Assembly: GCA_965202805.1 (NCBI GenBank)
Contig: OZ241869.1
Location: forward strand, 1,696,001-1,760,000
Direction: 5' to 3'
Length of the DNA stretch: 64,000 nt
Source of the DNA: Longimicrobiales bacterium
GTDB taxonomy: Bacteria; Gemmatimonadota; Gemmatimonadetes; Longimicrobiales; Gaopeijiaceae
Part shown: piece after piece, positions 47,601 through 56,154 of the stretch
Position numbering within the stretch: the stretch's first letter is position 1
Layout: each line of letters begins with the position of its first letter
Program-made: the position numbers and the translations under genes
The notes under the pieces: generated by a model
What the model was told of the DNA's origin: nothing
Databases searched by the model: none
What the model saw: only the letters and a program-made list of their open reading frames with translations

Positions 47601-47780
47601 GGTCGCCACGTCCCGCACGGTGCGCGGCACCACCACCCCCACCGGCTCGATCTGGTAGATGGAGGCGTCGGTGCTGTAGAGCCCGCGGCTGACCGGGTCG
47701 AAGAGCACCTCGCCCTCCAGCTCGCGCCGCAGCCGGGCCGCGAGGGAGAGGTCGCCGATGCGGGGTCGGTGGTCAGGCAT
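44682..47780 (-). CDS. FAD-binding and Fe-S domain oxidoreductase (2-hydroxyacid dehydrogenase, YdiJ/GlcDF-like fusion)
   Basis: YSTDAS, PRGAGTSQGGQ, GSEGTL, HASVGCLH, SGEHGDG, CNNNGAC, CIGCKACRRECP, CCG domains. Confidence 0.92.
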   Translation of the reverse strand: MPDHRPRIGDLSLAARLRRELEGEVLFDPVSRGLYSTDASIYQIEPVGVVVPRTVRDVATAIGIAVQEGVPVLPRGAGTSQGGQAVGRALVVDTSKHLGAISRLDVDAETVRVEPGVVLDDLNRWLAPHGLFYPVDVATASRATLGGMAGNNSSGARSIRYGIMADRVRAIDAVLADGTALRFGEAPEGWLRDAGARDGSPEGGDGSSGRGGRSQGGNGDAGLHLARRMWEIRAREAEELARRVPRVLRHVAGYNLHRLERPGLNLAPLLVGSEGTLAFFTSIELDLARLPPHRLLGICRFPDLESALDAVQHIVTLDPTAVELMDDNVLRLACANPTFRPVVERVFPGSPGAVLVVEFSAFEERAAHEGLNRLEQLMGDLGHPGPMRRALTPADQARVWGVRKAGLSIVMSSPGDVKPVSFMEDCAVPLPRLAEFGVRVNEVFGRHGADGTWYAHASVGCLHVRPSLNLKQGPDVGRMRAIASEVHEVVLDLGGSHSGEHGDGLVRSEFIEGLMGRRLAAAFGEVKQAFDPHGFMNPGKIVDPPRMDDRSLMRYRPGYAHRPFETTLDWSRWGGLAGAAEMCNNNGACRKSDPGTMCPSYRVTGDEKHVTRGRANALRLALTGQLGSDAMRSPEMKEVFDLCIGCKACRRECPAGVDMARMKVEFLHHYRKKHPAGARDLALAHLPRLAARGARLAPLINLGGRSRILRGVGERLAGIARERALPRWSSRPFRNPPALRGEPEVLLLVDTFSRYFEPENARAAMKVLEAGGYRVEVAGALARRAARGGPGRRTSARKRRVFRPRTGRPRNGRPRNGGPRNGSGPRSGSRPLCCGRTYLNAGLVEEARTEAHRLLDALSAARVRDAAIVGLEPSCLLTLRDEIPAMLPGAESANVAERALLLEELLARDEERIRPRLDLRPLRADSALIHGHCHQKAFGAFEATPRVLDWIPGLRPTVIKSGCCGMAGSFGYEAEHYELSMKMAELDLLPAVHAAPDDALVVADGTSCRSQIAHGSGREAVHAAVVLAGALG

Positions 47781-47952
47781 GGGCGGACCCACGGCCGCGC
47801 TGGGGACGTCGGCGGCCGGGCCGCCCGCATCGGTGGCCGGGCATGGGCGCTCGGTGGTCAGGCATGGGCGCGCTTCATTAGCTTGCAGGGTTCGTCGCCG
47901 GGGGTCGCCGCATTCTAATCCGCGGCCCTCTCCACGTCACCCGAGGGCGCGC

Positions 47953-49125
47953 ATGACCACACGCAGCGGCCGGCACTTTCTCCAGCTCCCCGGCCCCACC
48001 AACGTACCCGAGCGCGTGCGGCGCGCCATGGACCGGGCGGTCATCGACCACCGCGGCCCGGAGTTTGCGGAGCTCACCCTGGCCGTCCTCGAGGACCTGA
48101 AGCCGGTCTTCCGGACCGACGGCACCGTCTTCGTCTTCCCCTCCTCGGCCACCGGCGCATGGGAGGCGGCGCTGGTGAACACCCTCTCCCCGGGGGACGG
48201 CGTCCTGGCCTTCGACCGCGGCTTCTTCGCCGGCAAGTGGGCCGAGGTGGCCGACCGCCTGGGACTCGATGTCGACCTGGTGCCGGGCGACTGGCGCGCC
48301 GGCGTCGAGCCCCAGCTGATCGAGGACAGGCTCCGCCGCGACACGAACGGCCGCATCCGCGCGGTGATGGTCGTGCACAACGAGACCTCCACCGGCGTGA
48401 CCACCAACCTCCCCGACATCCGCGCCGCCATCGATGCCGCCGGCCATCCCGCCCTCTTCATGGCCGACACGGTGTCCTCGCTCGCCTCCATCGACTTTCG
48501 CCACGACGAATGGGGCGTCGACGTGACCGTGACCGGCTCGCAGAAGGGGCTCATGCTCCCGCCCGGCCTCGGCTTCACCGCCGCAAGCGAGCGGGCCCTG
48601 GCCACCCGCCCGGCGTCGCCGCTGCCCCACTCCTACTTCAACTGGGACGACCATCTCGCGGCCAACGCGAGCGGCTTCTTCCCCTACACCCCCGCAACCA
48701 CCCTGCTCTTCGGCCTGCGCGAGTCGCTCGCCATGCTCGCCGAGGAGGGGCTCGACCGGGTGTTCGCGCGCCACAAACGCTTCGCCGAAGCCACCCGTGC
48801 CGCCGTGGCCGCCTGGGGTCTCGAGTGCTACAGCGCGAACCCGTGCGAGCACTCCAACTCGCTCACCGCCGTCCTTCTCCCGGAGGGCCACGACGCCAAC
48901 GCCCTGCGCCAGATCATCCTCGACCGCTTCGACATGTCGCTCGGCACCGGCCTCGGGAAGCTCGACGGACGCATCTTCCGCATCGGCCATCTGGGAGACC
49001 TGAACGAGCTCACCCTCGCCGGGACGCTCGCGGGCGTGGAGATGGGGCTGCGCCTGGCGCGGGTTCCGCACAGCGGTGGGGGCCTGGACGCGGCGCTCGA
49101 CCATCTCGCGATGACTCATGAATGA
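47953..49125 (+). CDS. class V aminotransferase, serine-glyoxylate aminotransferase-like
   Basis: GRHFLQLPGPTNVP, VHNETSTG, DTVSSL, GSQKGLMLPPG, FRIGHLG. Confidence 0.92.
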   Translation: MTTRSGRHFLQLPGPTNVPERVRRAMDRAVIDHRGPEFAELTLAVLEDLKPVFRTDGTVFVFPSSATGAWEAALVNTLSPGDGVLAFDRGFFAGKWAEVADRLGLDVDLVPGDWRAGVEPQLIEDRLRRDTNGRIRAVMVVHNETSTGVTTNLPDIRAAIDAAGHPALFMADTVSSLASIDFRHDEWGVDVTVTGSQKGLMLPPGLGFTAASERALATRPASPLPHSYFNWDDHLAANASGFFPYTPATTLLFGLRESLAMLAEEGLDRVFARHKRFAEATRAAVAAWGLECYSANPCEHSNSLTAVLLPEGHDANALRQIILDRFDMSLGTGLGKLDGRIFRIGHLGDLNELTLAGTLAGVEMGLRLARVPHSGGGLDAALDHLAMTHE

Positions 49126-49147
49126 TATCACACGCTGGAGAGAGATG

Positions 49148-50137
49148 ATGTCCCGGAAGCACATTGTGGCGCCCGCCCTGATCGCCGTCTGCGCCCTGTC
49201 CGCCTGCGCCCCCGGCGACGACACCGGCCCCGTCGAGATCCGCCTGGGACACGTGGGCGCTCCCGAATCGCTGTACGACATCGTGGCGAACGAATTCGCC
49301 GAGCGCGCCAACGAGCGTCTGGGCGAGGCCGGACGCGTCATCGTCTACGGATCGAGCCAGCTCGGGGGCGACGACGTGCTGCTGCAGAAGCTCAAGCTGG
49401 GCACCGTGGAGATGTCGCTCCCGTCCACGGTCATGTCGTCGGTCATCGACGGCTTCGGGCTCTTCGAGATGCCCTACCTGGTGCAGGACCGGGAGCACAT
49501 GAAGCGCATCGAGGAGGATGTCTTCTGGGATCATCTGGCCCCGCTCGCCGAAGCCGAGGGCTACCGCATCCTCGCGCTTTGGGAGAACGGCTTCCGGCAC
49601 ATCACCAACAACGCGCGCCCGATCCGCGCGCCGGAGGACCTCGCGGGCATCAAGCTGCGCACCCCGCGCGGGGTCTGGCGGGTCAAGCTCTTCCAGGCCT
49701 ACGGCGCCAACCCTACGCCCATGCCGCTGGCCGAGGTGTTCGTCGCGCTCCAGACCGGGGTGATGGACGGGCAGGAGAACCCGCTGGCGCAGATCGCCTC
49801 GGCCAAGCTGCACGAGGTGCAGTCGTACCTGTCGCTCACCGGGCACGTCTACACGCCCGCGTTCGTGACCGTGGGCGAAGCGCGCTGGCAGCGGCTGCCG
49901 GAGGAAGTGCGCGCCATCCTCCAGGACACCGCGCGCGAGATGCAGGCCTTCGTGTACGAGACCGCCGCGCGCATGGACGCGGAGCTGCTGGAGGAGCTGC
50001 GTGCCGCCGGCATCGAGGTGAACGAGGCCGACCGGGCGCGCTTCCGCGACGCCAGCGACGCCATCTACGAGGAGTTCGCGGAAGAGGTCGACGGGGGCGG
50101 AGAGCTGGTGCGGAGGGTGGGGGAGTTGGCGGGCTAG
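49148..50137 (+). CDS. dctP: TRAP transporter substrate-binding lipoprotein
   Basis: LSAC lipobox, SQLG, ENGFR, GIKLRTP, ALQTGVMDGQENP, LTGHVY. Confidence 0.92.
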   Translation: MSRKHIVAPALIAVCALSACAPGDDTGPVEIRLGHVGAPESLYDIVANEFAERANERLGEAGRVIVYGSSQLGGDDVLLQKLKLGTVEMSLPSTVMSSVIDGFGLFEMPYLVQDREHMKRIEEDVFWDHLAPLAEAEGYRILALWENGFRHITNNARPIRAPEDLAGIKLRTPRGVWRVKLFQAYGANPTPMPLAEVFVALQTGVMDGQENPLAQIASAKLHEVQSYLSLTGHVYTPAFVTVGEARWQRLPEEVRAILQDTAREMQAFVYETAARMDAELLEELRAAGIEVNEADRARFRDASDAIYEEFAEEVDGGGELVRRVGELAG

Positions 50138-50146
50138 AGGGAGTTC

Positions 50147-50302
50147 ATGAACTACTCTCATGATGAGTCGCCCAAGCGCCGCGTTGCCGAGCCTGTCCAG
50201 GTTTATCTGCGTCCGAGCGAAAAAGACCGTCTCGAGCGACTGACGGCGGAGCTCGACACTACCAGGTCCGATGTCCTGCGGCGTGGCCTGAAGGCCCGCT
50301 GA
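50147..50302 (+). CDS. small ribbon-helix-helix (CopG-like) protein, possibly a truncated antitoxin
   Basis: MNYSHDESPKRRVAEPVQVYLRPSEKDRLERLTAELDTTRSDVLRRGLKAR; below the ORF-track size cutoff. Confidence 0.65.
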   Translation: MNYSHDESPKRRVAEPVQVYLRPSEKDRLERLTAELDTTRSDVLRRGLKAR

Positions 50303-50315
50303 GGGGCTCCGAAGC

Positions 50316-52559
50316 TCACGGTCCGGGTTCCGATCCTGGGTTCGCAGGGTCGTCCTGCGGAGAGCCTCCCGCCCCTGCATCGAAGCGTCCGGCCAGCAGG
50401 TAGCGATACAGCCTCAGCGCCAGCCGCTCCTCGAGTTCCTCCAGCCGGCGCCGCGCGGGGGGTGTGAGCAACATCGTCTCGCAGGATCTGTCCGCCGTCA
50501 CCGTGGGCGCCTCCTCGTCCGACGGGTCGACCGGCCAGATCGCGTCGCCGGGGCCGTACTGCCGGAAGCGCCTGCCCCCGGCATCATGCGCGGAGGCCCG
50601 GCCGGACGTCAGCAGCTGCAGGCCTTCGTTCGGGACCTCACGCCCCGCGAGGGGCTCCCCCGCGGCATATCGGCGCGGATTCAGCCAGCCGCGAAGCTCG
50701 TCCATCAGCTCCTCGAAGCGAATCTGGCGCTCCAGATGGCGCTCGAGGTCGCTGGCGGCGCGCCTGAACAGCGAGGCCCGGCGCTCGTCGACATCGCTGG
50801 CGTGGGACTTCCACGCCGCGATCACGGTCTCCTCGCAGTATTCCAGCGCGCGGTCCGCATTGGGCTCGATCCGCACCCTGTCGAACTCCGGGGCGGGGAG
50901 GTTGCGCTCCAGGCCGGTCCTGAGCTGCGCGGACGGGCCGCTCAGCACCACCTTCACGCCCGCCGCGTTCGCCGATTGCACGAACCTGGCCAGGACGTTC
51001 ACCGCCGAGTAGTCGAAGCCTGAGACATCCCCGAAGTCGAGCATCAGGCAGGTGGGACGGGGATCGCCGCCAAGGGATTCCCTGAGATGGTCGGCCAGGG
51101 GGTAGACGCTTCCGAAGAAGACGTAGCCGCGCAGCCGGTACGCGAGCACCCGCTCGCCTTCCTCGAGCAGGATCGCGCGATCCGGGACGGAACGTGCCAG
51201 GGTGCTGCTGCGTTCGCGCGCGGTGAAGCGCGATTCGATCGGATCCACGCGGCTCAGGCGCACGGTGAAGAACATGAGCGTGGCCAGCATCCCGGCCGCC
51301 ACGGCCTCGAGCAGCCCGAAGGCGACGATGACCACGCCGATCAGCACGATGATGCCGTACTCCGACCAGGGCAGCCGCTTGCGGCTCATCACCAGCCCCT
51401 GGTCGAGCATGCCGGCGCCGGCGAAAAACAGCATGCCTCCCACGAACGGCACCGGGACCAGTTCCAGCATCCCGCCGCCCAGGAACACGGCGGCCGCGAT
51501 GACGAGGGCGGTGACGACGCCGGTCAGGCGGGTGGCCGCCCCGAACAGCTTGCTGCGCAGCGACGCGGGCACGATCATGCTCGCCGCGGTGCCGCCGCCG
51601 AGACCCGCCACCACGCTGGCGAGCCCCGCCGCGCTGAACTCGCGGTCCCAGTCCAGATCCTCGTTCGCGGCCATTTCGAGGCCTGCGAGGTTCATGATCA
51701 CGACGATGAGGGCGACCAGCACCAGGGCGAGGAGGGTCGGGAGCTGCGTGGCCATCGCCGCCCAGTCCACCTGCCCCAGGTCGCCGGGCGCGAACGCCGG
51801 CCACAGGCCGCCTTGTGCGGTGCTCGATAGCAGGAGGCCCGCCGCCCTCGCCTCCTCGCCGGAGATGCCGAACGCGGCGAGTACGAGATGGAACCCGCCG
51901 ACGCCCACCACGACGCTGGCGGGAAGGATGAGCGGGTGGCCCCACCGCTTCATCGCGAGATAGAGGGCGATCCCGAACGCTGCGCCCGGACTCCACTTCC
52001 ACAGCTCCGAGGTCTGCGCGAGCGCCGAAATCGCGCGCCAGTCCGGATCCACGCCCATCATGGACATGGAGGACAGGCACACGACGACGCCGATGCCGGT
52101 TACGAAACCGCCCGCGACCGGGTAGGGCACGAAGCGCACCAGGTTGGCGAGCCGGAATCGCCCGATCAGGAGAAAGCACAACCCTGTCGCGACCGCGCCG
52201 GTCGCGAGCGCCGCCACGGTGGTCACGAACAGCGCTTCGCCTTCCGCCGGCATCGTAGCCCCGATCAGCGCCATCACGATCACGAGCGCGGGAGACAGTC
52301 CCGATATCGCCCCGCGAAAGCCCCCTGCGAGCGCGATGACCAGGCAGGCGGCGAAGTTGCCGAACAGCACCAGGCCGACGCCCTGCGAGGAATACGGAGC
52401 CAGCGCGCCCGAGAAGATGAGGCTCCCGAAGGCGACCTGCGAGGCGACCAGGCCCAGGCCGGAGGTGACGCCCGCTGCCAGCGCCGGAACGGCCTTCGGC
52501 GACAGGGCGTCCGCGCAGAACTCCGACGCGAGGCTGCGGAGCGGGGATGTTGTCTGCAT
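50316..52559 (-). CDS. SulP family anion transporter with STAS and cNMP-binding domains
   Basis: LVRFVPYPVAGGF, DLDWDREF, YRLRGYVFFGS, LDFGDVSGFDYSA, cNMP-like C-terminus. Confidence 0.88.
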   Translation of the reverse strand: MQTTSPLRSLASEFCADALSPKAVPALAAGVTSGLGLVASQVAFGSLIFSGALAPYSSQGVGLVLFGNFAACLVIALAGGFRGAISGLSPALVIVMALIGATMPAEGEALFVTTVAALATGAVATGLCFLLIGRFRLANLVRFVPYPVAGGFVTGIGVVVCLSSMSMMGVDPDWRAISALAQTSELWKWSPGAAFGIALYLAMKRWGHPLILPASVVVGVGGFHLVLAAFGISGEEARAAGLLLSSTAQGGLWPAFAPGDLGQVDWAAMATQLPTLLALVLVALIVVIMNLAGLEMAANEDLDWDREFSAAGLASVVAGLGGGTAASMIVPASLRSKLFGAATRLTGVVTALVIAAAVFLGGGMLELVPVPFVGGMLFFAGAGMLDQGLVMSRKRLPWSEYGIIVLIGVVIVAFGLLEAVAAGMLATLMFFTVRLSRVDPIESRFTARERSSTLARSVPDRAILLEEGERVLAYRLRGYVFFGSVYPLADHLRESLGGDPRPTCLMLDFGDVSGFDYSAVNVLARFVQSANAAGVKVVLSGPSAQLRTGLERNLPAPEFDRVRIEPNADRALEYCEETVIAAWKSHASDVDERRASLFRRAASDLERHLERQIRFEELMDELRGWLNPRRYAAGEPLAGREVPNEGLQLLTSGRASAHDAGGRRFRQYGPGDAIWPVDPSDEEAPTVTADRSCETMLLTPPARRRLEELEERLALRLYRYLLAGRFDAGAGGSPQDDPANPGSEPGP

Positions 52560-52684
52560 CGGCGGAATCTACCCACAACCGCGTACCGCGTCAGCAACGG
52601 CGGCCTGCGAGGCTGCCGCCCAGCCAGAGGAGGCGGATCAGAAGCCTCATCTTCGGCGCGCGGCCCACCCGGGACCGAGGCCTT

Positions 52685-53419
52685 CTAGCCCCGTCGTTTC
52701 CGCACGGGCAGCGACCGGGCGGATGGGGAGTCTCCGGCGGATCGGGATTGCGGCCCCCGGGCGGGCTGAAGCCCGGGACGCGCCGCCAATCGCGGGATGC
52801 GGTCCGGATCGACCCCGTCCGCCGCCCGGGCCAGCCGCTCGCGCACCGACCCGGGCACCCGGTGCAGATCGCCGTCTCGGAAGAAGGTGAGCGCCTTGAG
52901 CGTGGCGGACGGGTCGAATCGATCGCCGAACACGGCGGCGGCCGCGCCGAACGCGCGCCTCAGGCTCATGTCGTCCAGCCGGAGGAGGGCATCGACGTCG
53001 AAGTGGTCCGTCGCGCGCGAGCGGGTCTGGACGGACTGGAGCGCTGCGGCCGCCAGGTCCGTCAGGGAGGCGACCGCGATGCCGGGCGGCTCCGCCAGGT
53101 CCGGATCCTCCACATGGCTGCGGACGATGCCTCCGGAGAAGGAGACGCGCACGATTCCGCCACGATCCACGAGGCACGTGAGCGCGTCCCTGCCACGCCG
53201 GATGACCTCGGCGTCGCGCAGGTACGGGACGGTGTCGAGGAGCCGAAGGGGGTCAAACCGCTGCGCCGACAGGAAGCTGAATGCGTCCGGCCTGCGATGC
53301 GCCAGCCGGAGCGCGAGCGCGGCTCCGCCGTAGAGCACGAAACCATCCGGCGTTGTCCCAAGCTCCGCGAGTACGCGGTGCTGATGATGGGAGAGGGTGT
53401 CCAGCCGAAGTTGCAGCAG
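52685..53419 (-). CDS. AbiEii/AbiGii-like nucleotidyltransferase-fold protein, degenerate
   Basis: FVLYGGAALALRLAHR, VASLTDLAA, R..DHFD, LKALTFF.DGDL. The usual S.D.D motif is replaced; apparent CTG start after AAGGAGG. Confidence 0.7.
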   Translation of the reverse strand: MLQLRLDTLSHHQHRVLAELGTTPDGFVLYGGAALALRLAHRRPDAFSFLSAQRFDPLRLLDTVPYLRDAEVIRRGRDALTCLVDRGGIVRVSFSGGIVRSHVEDPDLAEPPGIAVASLTDLAAAALQSVQTRSRATDHFDVDALLRLDDMSLRRAFGAAAAVFGDRFDPSATLKALTFFRDGDLHRVPGSVRERLARAADGVDPDRIPRLAARPGLQPARGPQSRSAGDSPSARSLPVRKRRG

Positions 53420-53534
53420 GAGATGCCTCCTTACCTTCCGATGCCAGGTTTCACTGCGGGGACCCGCCCGCTAGAGTGCCCGGACAAGATGGCGATGTGG
53501 CGTCGGTCGGGATCCGGCGCAACACCGGAGAGTA

Positions 53535-54098
53535 ATGTTGAAGAAGTCGCGTGCCGAGGACCGGGATCCCGGTCGAGCCGGGGCCGCGGGAGGGTCGCGC
53601 TCCGCCGTGGCCGCGTTTGTGGCCACCGCCATCCTGCTGCACGGAGTCTTCACGGTCGGTCTCCCCGCGCTGATCCTCGGGCGCACCGAAGGCATGGCGA
53701 TGCTCCATGCGGACATCGGCCCGGCACGCTGGCTGGGCGCGGGGCTCGCGGCCTTCGGCATCCATCTCTACCTGTGGTCGGCCGTGCAGTTGCTGCGGCG
53801 CCGGACGTCGGCCATACCCGGCAGGGAGGCCACGGTGCTGGTCACCCACGGCTGGTACGGCCGCACCCGCCATCCGCTGCTGCTGGGCGTGGTCGCCATT
53901 CTCTTCGGGGAGGCCGTCTTCTTTTCGTCCCTGGCGTTGCTCGCTTACGCGCTGGCGTACTGGCTGTGGCTGACCGCGTTCGTGGCGCTCAGGGAGGAGC
54001 CGGATCTGCGTCGTACATTCGGCGCGGAGTACGATGCTTACTGCCGCGAGGTGCCGCGCTGGATCCCGATCCTGCGCCGTAAGGCCGGGCAGGGATGA
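53535..54098 (+). CDS. isoprenylcysteine carboxylmethyltransferase (PEMT/ICMT) family protein
   Basis: LVTHGWYGRTRHP, REEPDLRRTFGAEYDAYCREVPRWIP. Confidence 0.88.
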   Translation: MLKKSRAEDRDPGRAGAAGGSRSAVAAFVATAILLHGVFTVGLPALILGRTEGMAMLHADIGPARWLGAGLAAFGIHLYLWSAVQLLRRRTSAIPGREATVLVTHGWYGRTRHPLLLGVVAILFGEAVFFSSLALLAYALAYWLWLTAFVALREEPDLRRTFGAEYDAYCREVPRWIPILRRKAGQG

Positions 54099-54247
54099 TG
54101 GAGCGGCCGGGTCCGCCTCGTCGCCCGGCCGCCGGATCGGCCACCGCCCGGCCATGATCTCCAACTTGCCCGACGGGCCAGGATCGCGGATGCTGCTCCG
54201 GTGATCGCGTCCGCCTTCCCCGGAGAAGCCCGCTGACTGCCCTGCCC

Positions 54248-54790
54248 ATGACCACGCTGCGCACCCGCTTCGAGCGCCTGCTCGAGGCCATCGTGCTCGT
54301 GCTGGTAGCCGCCCTGGCCGTGGTGGTGGTGATGGGCGTGGGCTTCCGCAAGTTCGGGGCGGCGCTGGTGTGGTACGACGAGGTGGCGTCCATCCTGCTG
54401 GCCTGGCTGACGTACTACGGGGCGGCGCTGGCGGCCCTCAAGCGCGCCCACATCGGGTTCCCCAACCTGGTGCGGCGCCTCGGGCGGCCGTGGCGGATCC
54501 CGGTCGTGGTCGCGGGGGAAGCGGTGGTGATCGCGTTCTTCCTGATCGCCGCGTGGGCGGGGTGGCGGGTGCTGGTCATCCTGGAGGGCTCCGGCATGGT
54601 GAGCCTGCCGTGGGTGCCGACTCGCCTGACCCAGTCGGTCATCCCCATCGGCAGCGTGCTCTTCGTCATCGCGCAACTGCTGAGCCTGCCGGAGATGCTG
54701 CGGGCGGGTGAGGAGGCCAGTCCGGAAGCTGCCGCGGGCACCGGCAGCGGCCCGACGGCAGCCGAAGCTCCGAGCGAGGGCGGCCCGTGA
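54248..54790 (+). CDS. dctQ: TRAP transporter small permease
   Basis: WYDEVASILLAWLTYYGAALA..AHI; 4 TM. Confidence 0.9.
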   Translation: MTTLRTRFERLLEAIVLVLVAALAVVVVMGVGFRKFGAALVWYDEVASILLAWLTYYGAALAALKRAHIGFPNLVRRLGRPWRIPVVVAGEAVVIAFFLIAAWAGWRVLVILEGSGMVSLPWVPTRLTQSVIPIGSVLFVIAQLLSLPEMLRAGEEASPEAAAGTGSGPTAAEAPSEGGP

Positions 54791-56070
54791 CCCTGCTGCT
54801 GATGTTCCTGGGGATGATCGCGCTGGTGACGATCAACGTGCCCATCGCGGTCGCCCTGGGCGTCATCGCGCTGATCGCGATGGTGGTGACCTCCGGCGCC
54901 GCGGCGATCCCCAACGCCGGCCTCGTGCTCTTCACCGGCGCCACCTCCTTCCCGCTGATCGCGATCCCGCTCTTCATCCTCGCGGGCGCGATCATGAACG
55001 CGACCGGCATCTCGCGCCGCCTGATCGCCTTCGCCTCCGCCCTCTTCGGCGCCATCCGCGGCGGGCTGGCGATGGTGTCGATCTCGGCATCCCTCTTCTT
55101 CGCCGAGATCTCCGGCTCCGCGGTGGCGGACGTGGCCGCGCTGGGGTCGATCCTCATCCCCGCGATGAAGAAGCGCGGCTACTCGACGCCGTTCGCGGCC
55201 GCGGTCACCTCCTCCTCGGCGACGCTCGCGGTCATCATCCCCCCCTCCATCCCCATGATCATCTACGGCGTGATGTCGGAGAGTTCCATCGTCGAGCTGT
55301 TCGTGGCCGGAGTGGTGCCCGGCGTCGTCGGCGGCATCCTGCTGATGGCGGTGGCGTACGTGCTCGCGCTGCGAAACGGCTTCCCGGTGGAGCACGCGTT
55401 TCAGCTGAAACGCGTCTGGACCACCTTCCGCGACGCCGGCTGGGCGCTCCTCCTCCCGGTGATCATCCTGGGCGGCATCTTCACCGGATGGGTCACCGCC
55501 ACCGAGGGAGCCGGGCTGGCGGTGGTGGCCGCGCTGGTGGTGGGCGGGCTCATCTACCGGGAAATCGACCTGGCCGCGCTGCGCCGGGCCGCCCTCGACG
55601 GCGGCGTGCAGACGGCCGTGGTCATGCTGCTGGTGGCCACCTCGGCGCTGCTGGGCGACTACCTCACCGAGGCGCAGGTGCCGCAGCGGGTGGCGGACAG
55701 CATCATCGGAATCACCGAATCGCGCTGGGCCATCCTCGCGCTGCTGAACGTGTTCTTCCTGGCGATCGGGCTCTTCCTGCACTCCGCCGCCGCCATCATC
55801 CTGGTGGTGCCCGTGGTGATGCCCCTGGTGCACGCGGCCGGCATCGACCCGGTGCACTTCGGCCTGGTAGTGACCCTCAACCTGGGGATCGGGCAGCAGA
55901 CCCCCCCGGTGGCCAGCGTGCTGGTGACCGCGTGCTCGGTGGCGAAGGCCGACATCTGGGACGTCAGCAAGGTGAACGTCTGGTTCGTGGCGGTGCTGCT
56001 GGCCGTGCTGGTGATGGTCACCTACCTGCCGGTCGTGCCGATGAGCCTGGTGGAGCTGTTCTACCGGTAG
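54787..56070 (+). CDS. dctM: TRAP transporter large permease
   Basis: AIPLFILAG, ISGSAVAD, IIPPSIPMI, DPVHFG, TPPV. Confidence 0.93.
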   Translation: MTLLLMFLGMIALVTINVPIAVALGVIALIAMVVTSGAAAIPNAGLVLFTGATSFPLIAIPLFILAGAIMNATGISRRLIAFASALFGAIRGGLAMVSISASLFFAEISGSAVADVAALGSILIPAMKKRGYSTPFAAAVTSSSATLAVIIPPSIPMIIYGVMSESSIVELFVAGVVPGVVGGILLMAVAYVLALRNGFPVEHAFQLKRVWTTFRDAGWALLLPVIILGGIFTGWVTATEGAGLAVVAALVVGGLIYREIDLAALRRAALDGGVQTAVVMLLVATSALLGDYLTEAQVPQRVADSIIGITESRWAILALLNVFFLAIGLFLHSAAAIILVVPVVMPLVHAAGIDPVHFGLVVTLNLGIGQQTPPVASVLVTACSVAKADIWDVSKVNVWFVAVLLAVLVMVTYLPVVPMSLVELFYR

Positions 56071-56083
56071 CGAGTGCTCGAAA

Positions 56084-56143
56084 TCTGCCAAAATGGCAGA
56101 CTCATCGTCTGCGGGAGCGAGAAAGTCTGCCAAAATGGCAGAC
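56084..56143. repeat. two copies of the palindrome TCTGCCA-AAA-TGGCAGA
   Basis: 56084-56100 and 56126-56142, between convergent genes. Confidence 0.9.
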
Positions 56144-56154
56144 CGGCCCCCGTC

